From: Malacoraja senta
Taxonomy: Eukaryota
Assembly (NCBI GenBank): GCA_038087875.1
Contig: JAXLNO010004671.1
Coordinates: 558,001 to 622,000 of the forward strand
Length of the DNA stretch: 64,000 nt
Reading direction: 5' to 3'
This document shows positions 36,240 through 49,420 of this stretch, piece after piece. The position numbers and the translations under genes are program-made. How positions within the stretch are numbered: position 1 is the stretch's first letter; every line of letters begins with the position of its first letter. The notes beneath the pieces were generated by a model. The model was not told the DNA's origin. It saw nothing but the letters and a program-made list of their open reading frames with translations, and did no database searches.

Positions 36240-39200
36240 CGGTGACCAAAACGGTTGACGAGGGCAGAGTTAGAGACGTGACCAAAAAGGTTCATGAGGG
36301 CAAAGCTTCAGATGTTGTATATATCGACATCAGCAAAGCATTAAACACGTTTCCTCATGGCAGATTGCTATGTAAAGTTGTGCTAGCAGAGATAGCTAAT
36401 GGGATGGAAAAACGGCTTGATGATGGTGGAAGACTGCTTCTCGGAATGGAGGCCTGTGACTAGTGGTGTGCCTCAGTGTTCGGTACTGAGCCCGTTATGT
36501 TTGTCATCGATATCAATGATTTGGATGAGAACATACATGGCAAGATTCGCGAGTTTGCAGTAATACAAAAGTGGGAGGTTTTGCTGATATTGATTGATTG
36601 GCCAGGTGGGCTGAGGAATAGTTGATGGAAGTTAATAGTTAACAGATACATGTGATGTGTTGCATTTTGCGAAGTATAACATAAGCAGGACGTGCACAGT
36701 GAACGGGAGGTCTCTGGCGAGTGTTGTAGAGCGGAGGAATCTCGGAGGTCAGTTGCATTGTTACTTGAAGGTGGAGTCGCAGGTAGATCGTGTGATCCAA
36801 AAGGCCTTTGGCACATTGGCCTTCATCAGTCAGAGTTTGGAGTAAGTCATGTTGCAGGTCATGTTGCAGTTTTATAAGACTTTGGTGAGGCCGCATCTAG
36901 TGTATGGTGCACAGTTCTGGCCACCATGTTCTTGGCACAATATGTTGTTAAGCTGGAAAGGGTACATAGAAGATTTAGGAGGATGTTACCGGGACTAGAT
37001 TTTCTGAGCTATAGGGACACCTTGAGTTGGCTGGCACTCTATTATTTGGATTGCAGGAGGATGAGCAGTGATCTTGGAATGGAAATGGAAAGGAAGGACA
37101 TTAGTTTCGAGGATGTGGAATCGGTATGGGTAGAGCTGCGAAACACTAAGGGGCAGAAAACGCTGGTGGGTGTTGTGTACAGGCCACCTAACAGTAGTAG
37201 TGAAGTTGGAGATGGTATCAAACAGGAAATTAGAAATGCGTGCGACAAAGGCAAAACCGTTATAATGGGTGACTTCAACCTACATATAGATTGGGTGAAT
37301 CAAATTGGCAGGGGTGCTGAGGAAGAGGATTTCTTGGAATGTATGCGGGATAGTTATCTAAATCAACACGTAGAGAACCAACGAGAGAGCAGGCTATTTT
37401 AGACTGGGTATTGAGTAATGAGGAAGGGTTAGTTAGCAGTCTTGTTGTACGAGTGACCATAATATGGTTGAGTTCTTCATTAGGATGGAGAGTGACATTG
37501 TTAATTCAGAAACAATGGTTCTGAACTTAAAGAAAGGTAACTTTGAGGGTATGAGACGTGAATTGGCCAAGATTGACTGGCAATTAATTCTAAAAGTGTT
37601 GACGGTGGATATGCAATGGAAGACATTTAAAGACTGCATGGATGAACTACAAAAATTGTTCATCCCAGTTTGGCAAAAGAATAAATCAGGGAAGGTAGTG
37701 CATCCGTGGATAACAAGGGAAATCAGGGATGGTATCAAAGCGAAGGATGATGCGTACAAATTAGCCAGAAAAAGCAGCACACCGGAGGACTGGGAGAAAT
37801 TCAGAGACCAGCAGAGGAGGACAAAGGGCTTAATTAGGAAAGGAAAAATAGATTATGAAAGAAAACTGGCAGGGAACATAAAAACTGACTGCAAAAGTTG
37901 TTATAGACATGTGAAAAGAAAGAGATTAGTTAAAACAAATGTAGGTCCCTTGCAGTCAGAAACATGTGAGTTAATCATGGGGAACAAGGATATGGCGGAC
38001 CAATTGAATAACTACTTTGGTTCCGTCTTCACTAAGGAAGACATAAATAATCTGCCGGAAATAGCAGGGGACCGCGGGTCAAAGGAGTTGGAGGAATTGA
38101 GTGAAATCCAGGTTAGTCGGGAAGTGGTGTTGGGTAAATTGAATGGATTAAAGGCCGATAAATCCCCAGGGCCAGATAGGCTGCATCCCAGAGTACTTAA
38201 GGAAGTAGCTCCAGAAATAGTGGATGCATTAGTAATAATCTTTCAAAACTCTTTAGATTCTGGAGTAGTTCCTGAGGATTGGCGGGTAGCAAACGTAACC
38301 CCACTTTTTAAGAAGGGAGGGAGAGAGAAAACGGGGAATTACAGACCAGTTAGTCTAACATCGGTAGTGGGGAAACTGCTAGAGTCAGTTATTAAAGATG
38401 GGATAGCAGCACCTTTGGAAAGTGGTGAAATCATTGGACAAAGTCAGCATGGATTTACGAAAGGTAAATCATGTCTGACGAAACTTATAGAATTTTTCGA
38501 GGATGTAACTAGTAGCGTGGATAGGGGAGAACCAGTGGATGTGGTGTATCTGGACTTCCAGAAGGCTTTCGACAAGGTCCCACATAAGAGATTAGTATAC
38601 AAACTTAAACCACATGGCATTGGGGGTTCAGTATTGATGCGGATAGAGAACTGGATGGCAAACAGGAAGCAAAGAGTAGGAGTAGACGGGTCCTTTTCAC
38701 AATGGCAGGCAGTGACTAATGGGGTACCGCAAGGCTCAGTTCTGGGACCCCAGCTATTTACAATATATATTAATGAACTGGATGAGGGAATTGAAGGGAA
38801 TATCTCCAAGTTTGCGGATGACACTAAGCTGGGGGGCAGTGATAGCTGTGAGGAGGATGCTAGGAGACTTCAAGGTGACTTGGATAGGCTGGGTGAGTGG
38901 GCAAATGTTTGGCAGATGCAGTATAATGTGGATAAATGTGAGGTTATCCATTTTGGTGGCAAAAACAGGAAAGCAGACTATTATCTAAATGGTGGCCGAC
39001 TAGGAAACGGGGAGATGCAGCGAGACCTGGGTGTCATGGTACACCAGTCATTGAAAGTAGGCATGCAGGTGCAGCAGGCAGTGAAGAAAGCGAATGGTAT
39101 GTTAGCTTTCATAGCAAAGGGATTTGAGTATAGGAGCAGGGAGGTTCTACTGCAGGTGTACAGGGTCTTGGTGAGACCACACCTGGAGTATTGCGTACAG

Positions 39201-40030
39201 GTTTGGTCTCCAAATCTGAGGAAGGACATTATTGCCATAGAGGGAGTGCAGAAAAGGTTCACCAGACTGATTCCTGGGATGTCAGGACTGTCTTATGAAG
39301 AAAGACTGGATAGACTTGGTTTATACTCTCTAGAATTTAGGAGATTGAGAGGGGATCTTATAGAAACTTACAAAATTCTTAAGGGGTTGGACAGGCTAGA
39401 TGCAGGAAGATTGCTCCCGATGTTGGGGAAGTCCAGGACAAGGGGTCACAGCTTAAGGATAAGGGGGAAATCCTTTAAAACCGAGATGAGAAGAACTTTT
39501 TTCACACAGAGAGTGGTGAATCTCTGGAACTCTCTCCACAGAGGGTAGTCGAGGCCAGTTCATTGGCTATATTTAAGAGGGAGTTAGATGTGGCCCTTGT
39601 GGCTAAAGGATCAGAGGGTATGGAGAGAAGGCAGGTACGGGATACTGAGTTGGATGATCAGCCATGATCATATTGAATGGCGGTGCAGGCTCGAAGGGCC
39701 GAATGGCCTACTCCTGCACCTAATTTCTATGTTTCTATGTTTCTAGGTTTCTATCTTTTCGTTGTGTATAAAGTCATGAGAGGAATAGATCGGGAGGATA
39801 TTTAATGGGAATCTGAGGAGTAACCTTTTCACACAAAGGGTGGTGGGTGCATGGAAGAAGCTGGGTTGGCAAGGTCTATCCCAACATTTAAGAAACAGTT
39901 AGATAGGTGCATTGACAGGAAAGGTTTGGAGGGATATGGGTCATATGCGGGCATGAGGGATTAGTGTAGCTGGGACGTGTTGGCAATTTGTCAATTTTAT
40001 TCGAAGGGCCTGTTTCCACACTGTATCACT
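36240..40030 (+). mobile_element. Older CR1 (36240-37075 and 39753-40030) split by a young CR1
   Basis: Degraded RT to 3' end; ..aggatgagcagtgatctt resumes as ..gtgtataaagtcatgagagg. Confidence 0.7.
37076..39752 (+). mobile_element. Young CR1 with nearly complete ORF2 (APE plus RT), disabled by small indels
   Basis: ESVWVEL..GVVYRPPN..IMGDFNL (APE), 694-aa frame 37464-39548 with RT motifs, and (TTTCTATG)n tail; atctt flanks both sides (37071-75 / 39753-57). Confidence 0.95.
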
Positions 40031-40489
40031 ATGACTCCATTCAATCAGGTCCCACTAATTTTTCTAAACTGCAGCGAGTACAGGTCCAGATGCTCCTTAT
40101 ACCTCAAACCAATCATCCCCGTGATCCTTGTAAATCTTCTCTGTATTTGCATCAAAGCCAACACGTCCTTCCTCAGAAATGGAGACCAAAACCGTTGAAA
40201 ATACTCCGAATATTTCCCAACCAATGCCTTCTACAGCCGCAGCATCACATCTTTGCCTTTGTTCTCGCGTCTCCCCAAAATTAAGGCTAGTTTTGCGTAT
40301 GCTTCCCTTACCGCCGACTCGCCCTGCAAATTAATATTTTGAAATCGGGCTCCAGCCATCGCAAGTCCCTTTGCGAATCCTCTTCACATTTAAAAAGTTA
40401 TCTAAACCTTTGTTCCTTCTACCAAAGTGCATGACGGTATACTTAGCTATGTTGTATTCTGTTTGCTACCTATTTGCCCCCAATATTTT

Positions 40490-43400
40490 TAAATGTATTT
40501 TTATTAGAAGCAATTGTACAAAGAAAAAACATTCGGCATCTAAAATTATACAATTATTATACAGCTTCCTTTTTAACCGTATAACCTAAACTATAAAAAT
40601 TAAAAAAAAGTAAAGAAGAAGAAAACAAGAAAAGAAAAAAGTAAAAAGTGAAAAGCTAGATCGAAAAAGAACAAAATAAAGACCCATGAACTACCGAAGT
40701 AGTGTGGCAGAAAGATATAGAATTAAGAAAAAAAGAAAAAGACAGTTGGAGATATACCTTGCCCCTTGTCCCCCCCCACCCCCCCCGTCCTCCCCGCCCA
40801 TTTCACCCAACCCAGCGTCGGATTTAAATTTAAATTTGTGTTGCGCCATGCAATTGGTGTAAGAATTCGGTGAAGGGTGTCCATGTCTTGAGAAATTGAT
40901 CCGTTTTTTCCGCCAAGACAAGCCTAATGTTTTCCAAATGTAGTGTATCGGACATGTTTGTGATCCACATCTTCATTGTAGGGACTGTTGTCTGTTTCCA
41001 AAATTTAAGTATTAATTTTTTCGCCGTTATCAGGCCATAGTTAAGGAAACGTCTTTGAAATATCGTTAGCTCAGAACAGGCCTCTGACATACCTAGTGTG
41101 ATCAATTTTATGTCGGGATCCAATTTTGTTTTAAGTAATTTGGAAAAGATATCAAAGATTCCCCTCCAGAACTTTTGGAATTTTGTACAGGAAACAAAAT
41201 AATGGGTTATGGTTGCTTCTTGGAGGAGACATTTATCACAAATAGGAGAGACATTTCGGAAGATTTTATTCAATTTAGACTTTGAATAATAGAGTCTATG
41301 CAGTATTTTAAATTGTATTTGTGAGTGCCTAACATTACGAGACAGTAGTGAATATATAGAAGACTTTTCTCCCAACTATCCTTTGAAATTGTTAAACCCA
41401 ATTCGTCTTCCCAAGCTCGCCTATGTATTTCCGATGGTGGGATATGTAAATTTAAAAGGGTATTATGGAGGTACGATCTAAGCTTATTTGAATCCAACTT
41501 TCTATTCATGCATTCATCTAGTATATCTGGACCCATGGAGTGACATTCTTGCGTGTGTATTTTCACATAGTCTCGTATTTGAAGATATCTGAAGTATTGA
41601 CTACCTTTCAAGTGATATTTCAACTGTAATTCTTGAAACGAGAGGAAGGTCCCCATCTCATAAAGGTCTCCCACTTTTTAATTCCTAAGCTTTCCCATTG
41701 TACAAACGCCTTGTCTAAAGTAGACGGTTTGAACGAGGGATTATTGGCCATTGGTAAGAGGATAGATACATTTCTCAGTTTAAGGGTTGATTTCCACTGT
41801 TTCCAGATTCGTAAGGTGCTATGGATTATCGGATTTTTCTCATACGTTGATTTCTTCAGATGTATTGGAGAGAAGAATCGCGCCTATATTGAAAGGCGAA
41901 CAATCTTCCCTCTCCATTTTTAACCAATTAATTTGTTGGCATGTATCGTCCATCCAATAGATTACATTTTTAATATTGGTTGGCCAGTTATAGAGAAGAA
42001 AATTAGGGAGAGCCAGTTCACCGATTTCTTCAGGTTTGCATAAATGTCATTTGTGAATTCTGTGAGTTTTATAATCCCAGATAAAGTTTGTAACCGCAGA
42101 GTCGAGTTTTTAAAAAAGTTTTTAGGGAGGAAAATCTGTATTGATTGAAATAGGTACTGGAGCTGTGGAAGGAATATCATCTTTATGGCATTTACTCTAC
42201 CTATAAGGGAAATCGGAAGTGTTTTCCAAAATTGAATAAGGGCATTTAATTTGGTAATTAATGGTGGAAAATTTGTTTGAAATAAGGAAGGATATTTTCT
42301 AGTCACGTAGACTCCAAGATATTTTATTTTTTTCCGTCGCAATTCTAAAGGGAAATGTTAGGAGGTGTGACGGATCTTGAGGTTTTATCGGCATAATTTC
42401 AGTTTTGTTCCAATTTATTCTATACCCTGAAAAGGAGCCGAATTGTTCTATTAGATTTAGTATATTTTGGATACTGACTTGGGAATTGGTAATATATAAT
42501 AGTACATCGTCTGCAGATAACGAGATCTTATTATTAGTATATTTAGTATTAAAGCCACGAATGGTCGGATGTACTCTCATATTCAGCAAAGGGTTCTATG
42601 GCAATTGCAAATAACATTGGTAATAATGCACACCGTTGTCTATGGCCCATGGATAATTGAAATTTAGGTGAGAGTTTGATTAGTCAGTATTATGGCAGTC
42701 GCATTGTAATATAACAACTTTATCCATGAAATGTGGATAGAGAACTGGCTTGCAAACAGGAAGCAAAGAGTAGGAGTAAACGGGTCCTTTTCAGAATGGC
42801 AGGCAGTGACTAGTGGGGTACCGCAAGGCTCAGTGCTGGGACCCCAGCTATTTACAATGTATATTAATGATTTGGACGAGGGAATTGAATGCAACATCTC
42901 CAAGATTGCGGATGACACGAAGCTGGGGGGCAGTGTTAGCTGTGAGGAGGATGCGACGAGGCTGCAAGGTGACTTGGATAGGCTAAGTGAGTGGGCAAAT
43001 GCATGGCAGATGCAGTATAATGTGGATAAATGTGAGGTTATCCACTTTGGTGGCAAAAAGAGGAAAGTAGAATATTATCTAAATGGTGGCCGATTAGGAA
43101 AAAGGGGAGATGCAACGAGACCTGGGTGTCATGGTACACCAGTCATTGAAAGTAGGCATGCAGGTGCAGCAGGCAGTGAAGAAAGCGAATGGTATGTTAG
43201 CATTCATAGCAAAAGGATTTGAGTATAGGAGCAGGGAGGTTCTACTGCAGTTGTACAGGGTCTTGGTGAGAACACACCTGGAGTATTGCGTACAGGTTTA
43301 GTCTCCTAATCTGAGGAAAGACATTCTTGCCATGGAGAGAGTACAGAGAAGGTTCACCAGATTGATTCCTGGGATGTCAGGACTTTCATATGAAGAAAGA

Positions 43401-44140
43401 CTGGATAGACTCGGCTTGTACTCGCTAGAATTTAGAAGATTGAGAGGGGATCTTATAGAAACTTACAACATTCTTAAGGGGTTGGACAGGCTAGATGCAG
43501 GAAGATTGTTCCCGATGTTGGGGAAGTCCAGGACAAGGGGTCACAGTTAAAGGATTAAGGGGAAATCCGTTAGGACCGAGATGAGAAAAAAAAATTCACA
43601 CAGAGAGTGGTGAATCTCTGGCACTCTCTGCCACAGAAGGTAGTTGAGGCCAGTTCATTGGCTATATTTAAGATGGAGTTAGATGTGGCCCATGAGGCTA
43701 AAGGGATCAGGGGTTATGGAGAGAAGGCAGGTACAGGAGACTGAGTTGGATGATCAGCCATGATCACATTGAATGGCGGTGCAGGCTCGAAGGGCCGAAT
43801 GGCCTACTCCTGCACCTATTTTCTATGTTTCTATGTTTCTATGAAATAAAATGTTCTCCTAGTTGGAATTTTTGCAATACTGTGATGAGATATTACCATT
43901 CTACTTGGTCAAATGGTTTTTCTGCATCTAAGGAAATAATTGATAATTCTTCGTTTATTGTACTGTGTGAGTACATTATATTAAACAAGCTATTGAACGA
44001 ATGTCTCTTGGGTATAAACCCAGTTTGATCAGAGTGTATTACTTTACTAACGTACTTACTTAGTCTTTTTGCCAGGGTTTTAGCTAATATTTTCTGGTCT
44101 GTATTTAAAAGAGCTATTACTCTATATGATCCTGGCTCAT
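40490..44140 (-). mobile_element. 5'-truncated L1-clade LINE (RT to C-terminal zinc finger and 3'UTR), interrupted by a young CR1
   Basis: GSYRVIALLNTDQKILAK..QTGFIP..SLDAEKPFD (43841-44140) continues as WIKLLY..SLSADDVLLY..SGYRINWNK..QFKILHR..CDKC..HYFVSC (40830-42730). AATAAA at 40505-40500. Confidence 0.88.
42733..43840 (+). mobile_element. Young 5'-truncated CR1 inserted in the L1 RT, with a 7-bp target-site duplication atgaaat
   Basis: atgaaat at 42726-42732 and 43841-43847. Removing the insert restores the L1 frame HFISWIKLLY. Confidence 0.9.
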
Positions 44141-44321
44141 GAGTGATGCAGCGAAGTTGAATCGCTGGAGCTGAACAATATTAGCTCCACGGTAAAGCCA
44201 ATACTGCGCCACTCTGCTCAATAAGTCGTTATGTAAGAACTGATATTACCGACAACAACAGCACAACATCCACCAGAGACACTTATGGAAAACAATTTCC
44301 GCACATTTATTTGCCACTTGC

Positions 44322-44376
44322 CTGTGTTTATTTGCGATCCATTCAGGTCCTGATTCCCATCTGAATTTTCATCCAT
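44322..44376 (-). CDS. NLR putative first coding exon: MDENSDGNQDLNGSQINT (exon 44402-44322 including 26 nt of 5'UTR)
   Basis: Acceptor tttttgtacag|AAAC, strong Kozak context atcatcATGG, and a phase-1 donor CAG|gcaagt (GC type) matching the phase-1 acceptor of the CARD exon. Confidence 0.62.
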
Positions 44377-45454
44377 GATGATCGCAGCTGCCGTGGATGT
44401 TTCTGTACAAAAATTGACGGGATACGCGTTGATATTAGTTTCATTTCAAAAGTCATCAGCGTCTTCTCAGTGAAGCAGTAACACCACCACTTCCGTCAAT
44501 TATCCACATGTTTTCTCCACTAATCCTCACATGTTTTCTCCTTTAATCCTCCCAGCAATTTATTAACAACTTTAGCTCTGACGAACAGCCGTTGATCTGA
44601 AACGTGAATTCTTACGACCGTGCCTGACTATCGAGCAATTCTACAAAATATTTTCAAAATTATTCTGTTAATTTCGGTGACTAAACTCGGAGGATTCAGG
44701 AGAGTGTTTGCAAGATAGCAATTCTGCATTGCTGTGAAAGTGGGCTTTGTGTTAATGACCATACATTCAGTGGGGGAGATCTTTCGTATGTGGTTGACGA
44801 TATTTACGTCTGACAATAGGATATCAACTGCGAATAGATGACTGTTAAAATACTACCACAAAGAAGGATGCTGTTGGTTTTGACTGACTATGTGGATGGA
44901 GAAATCGACCAGTCAATGTGTGCACAAAACATGCACCACATGTGTAAACCTATGCCTTGTGGCAAATACAATACAATACAACAATACAATGAACTTTATT
45001 TTTTCGTTTGGAACTTTGGTTTAGAGGGCATTCAATCTTGAATGATCTCTTGTCTTTCGAAATAGAGGCGGCTTACACCGCAGCGGTGTGAACATTAACT
45101 TCTCTAACCTCAAATAGCCCTTGCATTCCGTCTCTCTCCATCCCGTCCCCTTCACAATTCTCCCTCCAGTCTTACTGTCTCCGACTACATTCTATCTCTG
45201 TCTCGCCCACTCCCCTGACATCAGTCTGAAGAAGGGTCTCGATTCGAAAAGACACCCATTCCTTCTCTCCAGAGATGCTGCCTCACCCGCTGAGTTCCTC
45301 CAGCATTTTGTGTCTACCTTGTCTTTCAAACGTGGTCTTCGTTCAAATAAATCCACCTATACCCAGAAGGAGGCTATTTGTTTCAGTAACAGCATTAATG
45401 ATCGGATCAGATGGACAGATGGCAGCAAGAAGAAATTGGTCATATATTAATACA

Positions 45455-48400
45455 GTGTGGGAACAGGCGCTTCGGCCCAACTCGCCCACAGCGGCCAACA
45501 ATGTCCCAGCTACCATAGTCCCACTTGCCTGCGCTTGGTCCATAACCTTCGAAAACCTGTCCTATACATGTACCTGTCCAACTATTTCTTAAACGATGGT
45601 GATAGTCCCAGCCTCTAACTCCTCTGACAACTTGTCCCATACACCCACCACCCGCTGTGTTAAAAAGTTACCCCTCGGATTCCTAGTGAATCTTTTCCCC
45701 TTTACCTTGAATCTATATCCTCTGGTCGTGGATTCCCCTACTCTGGGTAAAAGATCTGAGCATCTACCCGATCTATTCATCTCATGCTTTTGTATACCTC
45801 TATAACATCTCCCCTCATACTCCTACGCTCCATGGAATAGAGACCTTGCCTATTCAACCTCTTGCTATAGCTCACACCCTCTAGTCCTGGCAACATCCTC
45901 GTAAGTATTTTCTGAAACATTTCAAGCTTGACAATATATTTCCGATAACATGGTACCAGAGCTGAACACAATATTCCAAATGCGGTCTCACCAACGTCTT
46001 ATCCAACTGCCACATGACCTCCCAACTTCCATACTACATACTCTGACTGATGAAGATCAAAGTGCCAAAAGCCTTTTAGACCACATTACCTCCTTGCGAC
46101 TCGACCTTTAAGGAACCATGCTACATGTACTCCTAGATCGCTCTGTTCTGCAACGCAACCCAGAGGCCTACAATTTACTGTGTAGTTCTTGTACGGCGTA
46201 TCAAAATGCAACACCTCACGCTTCTCTGTATTAAATTCCATCAACCATTCCTCCGCACACCTGGCCAATCGATTCAGATTGTGTTGCAATTATTCACAAT
46301 CATCTTCACAATCTGCAAAACCACTAACTTTTGTATCATCAGCCAACTTGCTAATCTTGCCCTGTATGTTCTCATTCAAATCATTGATGTAGATGACAAA
46401 AGGTAACGGGCCCAGCATCGAACCATATGGCACGCCACATGTCACAGGCCTCCAATCAGAGAAGCAACCTTCCACCTCCACCCTCTGCTTCCTTCCACGG
46501 AACCAATTTGCTACACATTCAACCGTGTCTTCTTGGATCCCATGAGATCTAACCTTCCAGAATTAGTGGAACCTTAGGTTTACCTTGTGGAACCTTGGGG
46601 CACCTTGTCGAACGCCTTACTAAAGTCCACAGCTCTGCCTTCATCAACGTTTTTGCTCACGTCTTCAAAAATATCAATCAGATTTGTGAGACACGACCTA
46701 CCACGTACACAACCATGCTGACGGCCCCAAATCAGCCCTTGTCCATCCAAATCCCCGTATATCCTATCCCTCAGAATATTCTCCAGTAACTTACAAACTA
46801 CAGATGTTAAGCTCAACGGCATATAGTTCCCAGCATTTCCCCTGCAGCCCATCTTGAAAAGATATGTGAAGAGAAAAAGATTAGTTAAAACAAATGTAGG
46901 TCCCTTGCAGTCAGAAACAGGTGAATTGATCATGGGGAACAAGGACATGGCAGACCAATTGAATAACTACTTTGGTTCTGTCTTCACTAAGGAAGACATA
47001 AATAATCTGCCGGAAATAGCAGGGGACCGGGCGTCAAATGAGATGGAGGAACTGAGTGAAATCCAGGTTAGCCGGGAAGTGGTGTTAGGTAAATTGAATG
47101 GTTTATAGGCCGATACATCTTCAGGGCCAGATAGCCTGCATCCCAGAATACTTAAGCAAGTAGCCCCAGAAATAGTGGAAGCATTAGTGATAATTTTTCA
47201 AAACTCTTTAGACTCTGGAGTAGTTCCTGAGGATTGGAGGGTAGCTAATCTAACCCCACTTTTTAAAAAGGGAGGGAGAGAGAAAACGGGGAATTACAGA
47301 CCAGTTCGTCTAACGTCGGTAGTGGGGAAACTGCTAGAATCAGTTATTAAAGATGGGATAGCAGCCTACATTTGGAAAGTGGTGAAATCATTGGATAAAG
47401 TCAGCATGGATTTATGAAAGGTAAATCATGTCTGACGAAACTTATAAAAATTTTCGAGGATGTAACTAGTAGAGTGGATAAGGGAGAACCAGTGGATGTG
47501 TTATATCTGGACTTTCATAAGGCTTTCGACAAGGTCCCACATAAGAGATTAGTATACAATCTAAAAGCACACGGTATTGGGGGTTCAGTATTGATGCGGA
47601 TAGAGAACTGGCTGGCAGACAGGAAACACAGAGTAGGAGTAAACGGTCCTTTTCACAATGGCAGGCAGTGACTAGTGGGGTACCGCAAGGCTCAGTGCTG
47701 GGACCCCAGCTATTTACCATGTATATTAATGATTTGGACGAGGGAATTGAATGCAACATCTCCAAGTTTGCGGATGACACGAAGCTGGGGGGCAGTGTTA
47801 GCTGTGAGGAGGATGCTCGGAGGCTGCAAGGTGACTTGGATAGGCTGGGTTAGCGGGCAAATGGGTGGCAGATGCAGTATAACGTGGATAACTGTGAGGT
47901 TATCCACTTTGGTGGCAAAAACAGGAAAGTAGACTATCATCTGAATGGTGGCCGATTAGGAAAAGGGGAGATGCAACGAGACCTGGGTGTCATGGTACAC
48001 CAGTCATTAAAAGTAGGAATGCAGGTGCAGCAGAAAGTGAAGAAGGCGAATGGTATGTTAGCATTCATAGCAAAAGGATTTGAGTATAGGAGCAGGGAGG
48101 TTCTACTGCAGTTGTACATGGTCTTGGTGAGACCACACCTGGAGTATTGCGTACAGTTTTGGTCTCCTAATCCGAGGAAGTACATTCTTGCCATAAAGGG
48201 AGTACAGAGAAGGTTCACCAGACTGATTCCTGGGATGTCAGGACTTTCATATGACAAAAGACTGGATAGACTCGGTTTGTACTCACTAGAATTTAGAAGA
48301 TTGAGGGGGAATCTTATAGAAACGTACAAAATTCTTAAGCGTTTGGACAGGCTAGATGCAGGAAGATTGTTCCCGATGTTGGGGAAGTCCAGAACAAGTG

Positions 48401-49420
48401 GTCACTGTTTAAGGATAAGGGGAAATCTTTAAGGACCGAGATGAGGAAAACATTTTTCACGGAGAGTGGCGAATCTCTGGAATTCTCTGCCATAGAAGGT
48501 AGTTGAGGCCAGTTCCTTGGCTATATTTAAGAGGAAGTTAGATGTGGCCCCTGTGGCTAAAGGGATCAGGGGGTATGGAGAGAAAGCAGGTACAGGATAC
48601 TGAGTTGGATGATCAGCCATGATCATATTGAATGGCGGTGCAGGCTCGAAGGGCCGAATGGCCTACTCCTGCACCTATTTACTATGTTTCTATGCTTCTA
48701 TACAAGAGCACAACACTTGCAATCTTCCAATCCTCTGGCAGCTCTCCTATATTTAAAGACGACGTATACATTTCAACCAGGGCTCCCGCAATATCCTCTC
48801 TAGTTTCCCGCAATGTTCTCGGGTATATCTGATCAGGCCCGGAGATTTGTCTACCTTAAAACACGACATTCCTTCAGTACATGTTAGATGGTAACCCTGA
48901 CTGCTTTCTTGACACTTCCAGTGACTGCTCCAATTTCCTTCGTCCTACTGTCTTTCCCCTTGGTAAATACAGAAGAGAAATACCCATTGAGGACCTTGCC
49001 CATCTCCTGTGGCTCCACGCAGGGGTGGCCGCTGTTATTCCTGAAAGGTCCCACTATCCCTCGTTACCACCCCCCTCCCCCCCCCCCACCCCCCAATGTA
49101 CTTATAAAATATTTGGGATTGTCTTTTATGCTAACTTCTGGCCCCTTTTTGCCCTTCTGATCACCTTTTGTGTTTGCTCCTTAGTTCCAGAAACTGCTCC
49201 AGGGATGCACTTGATCCCAGCTTCCGATACCTGTCCCCATGCATCCTCCTTGTTTTTGACTAACGTCAAGCTTCCTTCCTGTTGACCCAAGCGTCATTAC
49301 GTTTGCCTGCTTGGCCATTCACCATGACAGGGACGTACACATCCTGAACACTCTTAAGCACTCTTCTAAAAATATCCCACCTATCCGATGTTCCTTTCCC
49401 CTCAAATAATCTGCTCCAGT
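45455..49420 (-). mobile_element. Older CR1 fragments (45455-46856 and 48702-49420), the distal one split by a young CR1
   Basis: Degraded RT (GNYMPLSLTSVVCKLLE, DFSKAFDKVP); cagcccatcttga resumes as acaagagcacaac. Confidence 0.7.
46857..48701 (+). mobile_element. Young CR1, 5'-truncated, with several stops and frameshifts
   Basis: High identity to 37900-39745; (TTTCTATG)-type tail. Confidence 0.92.
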
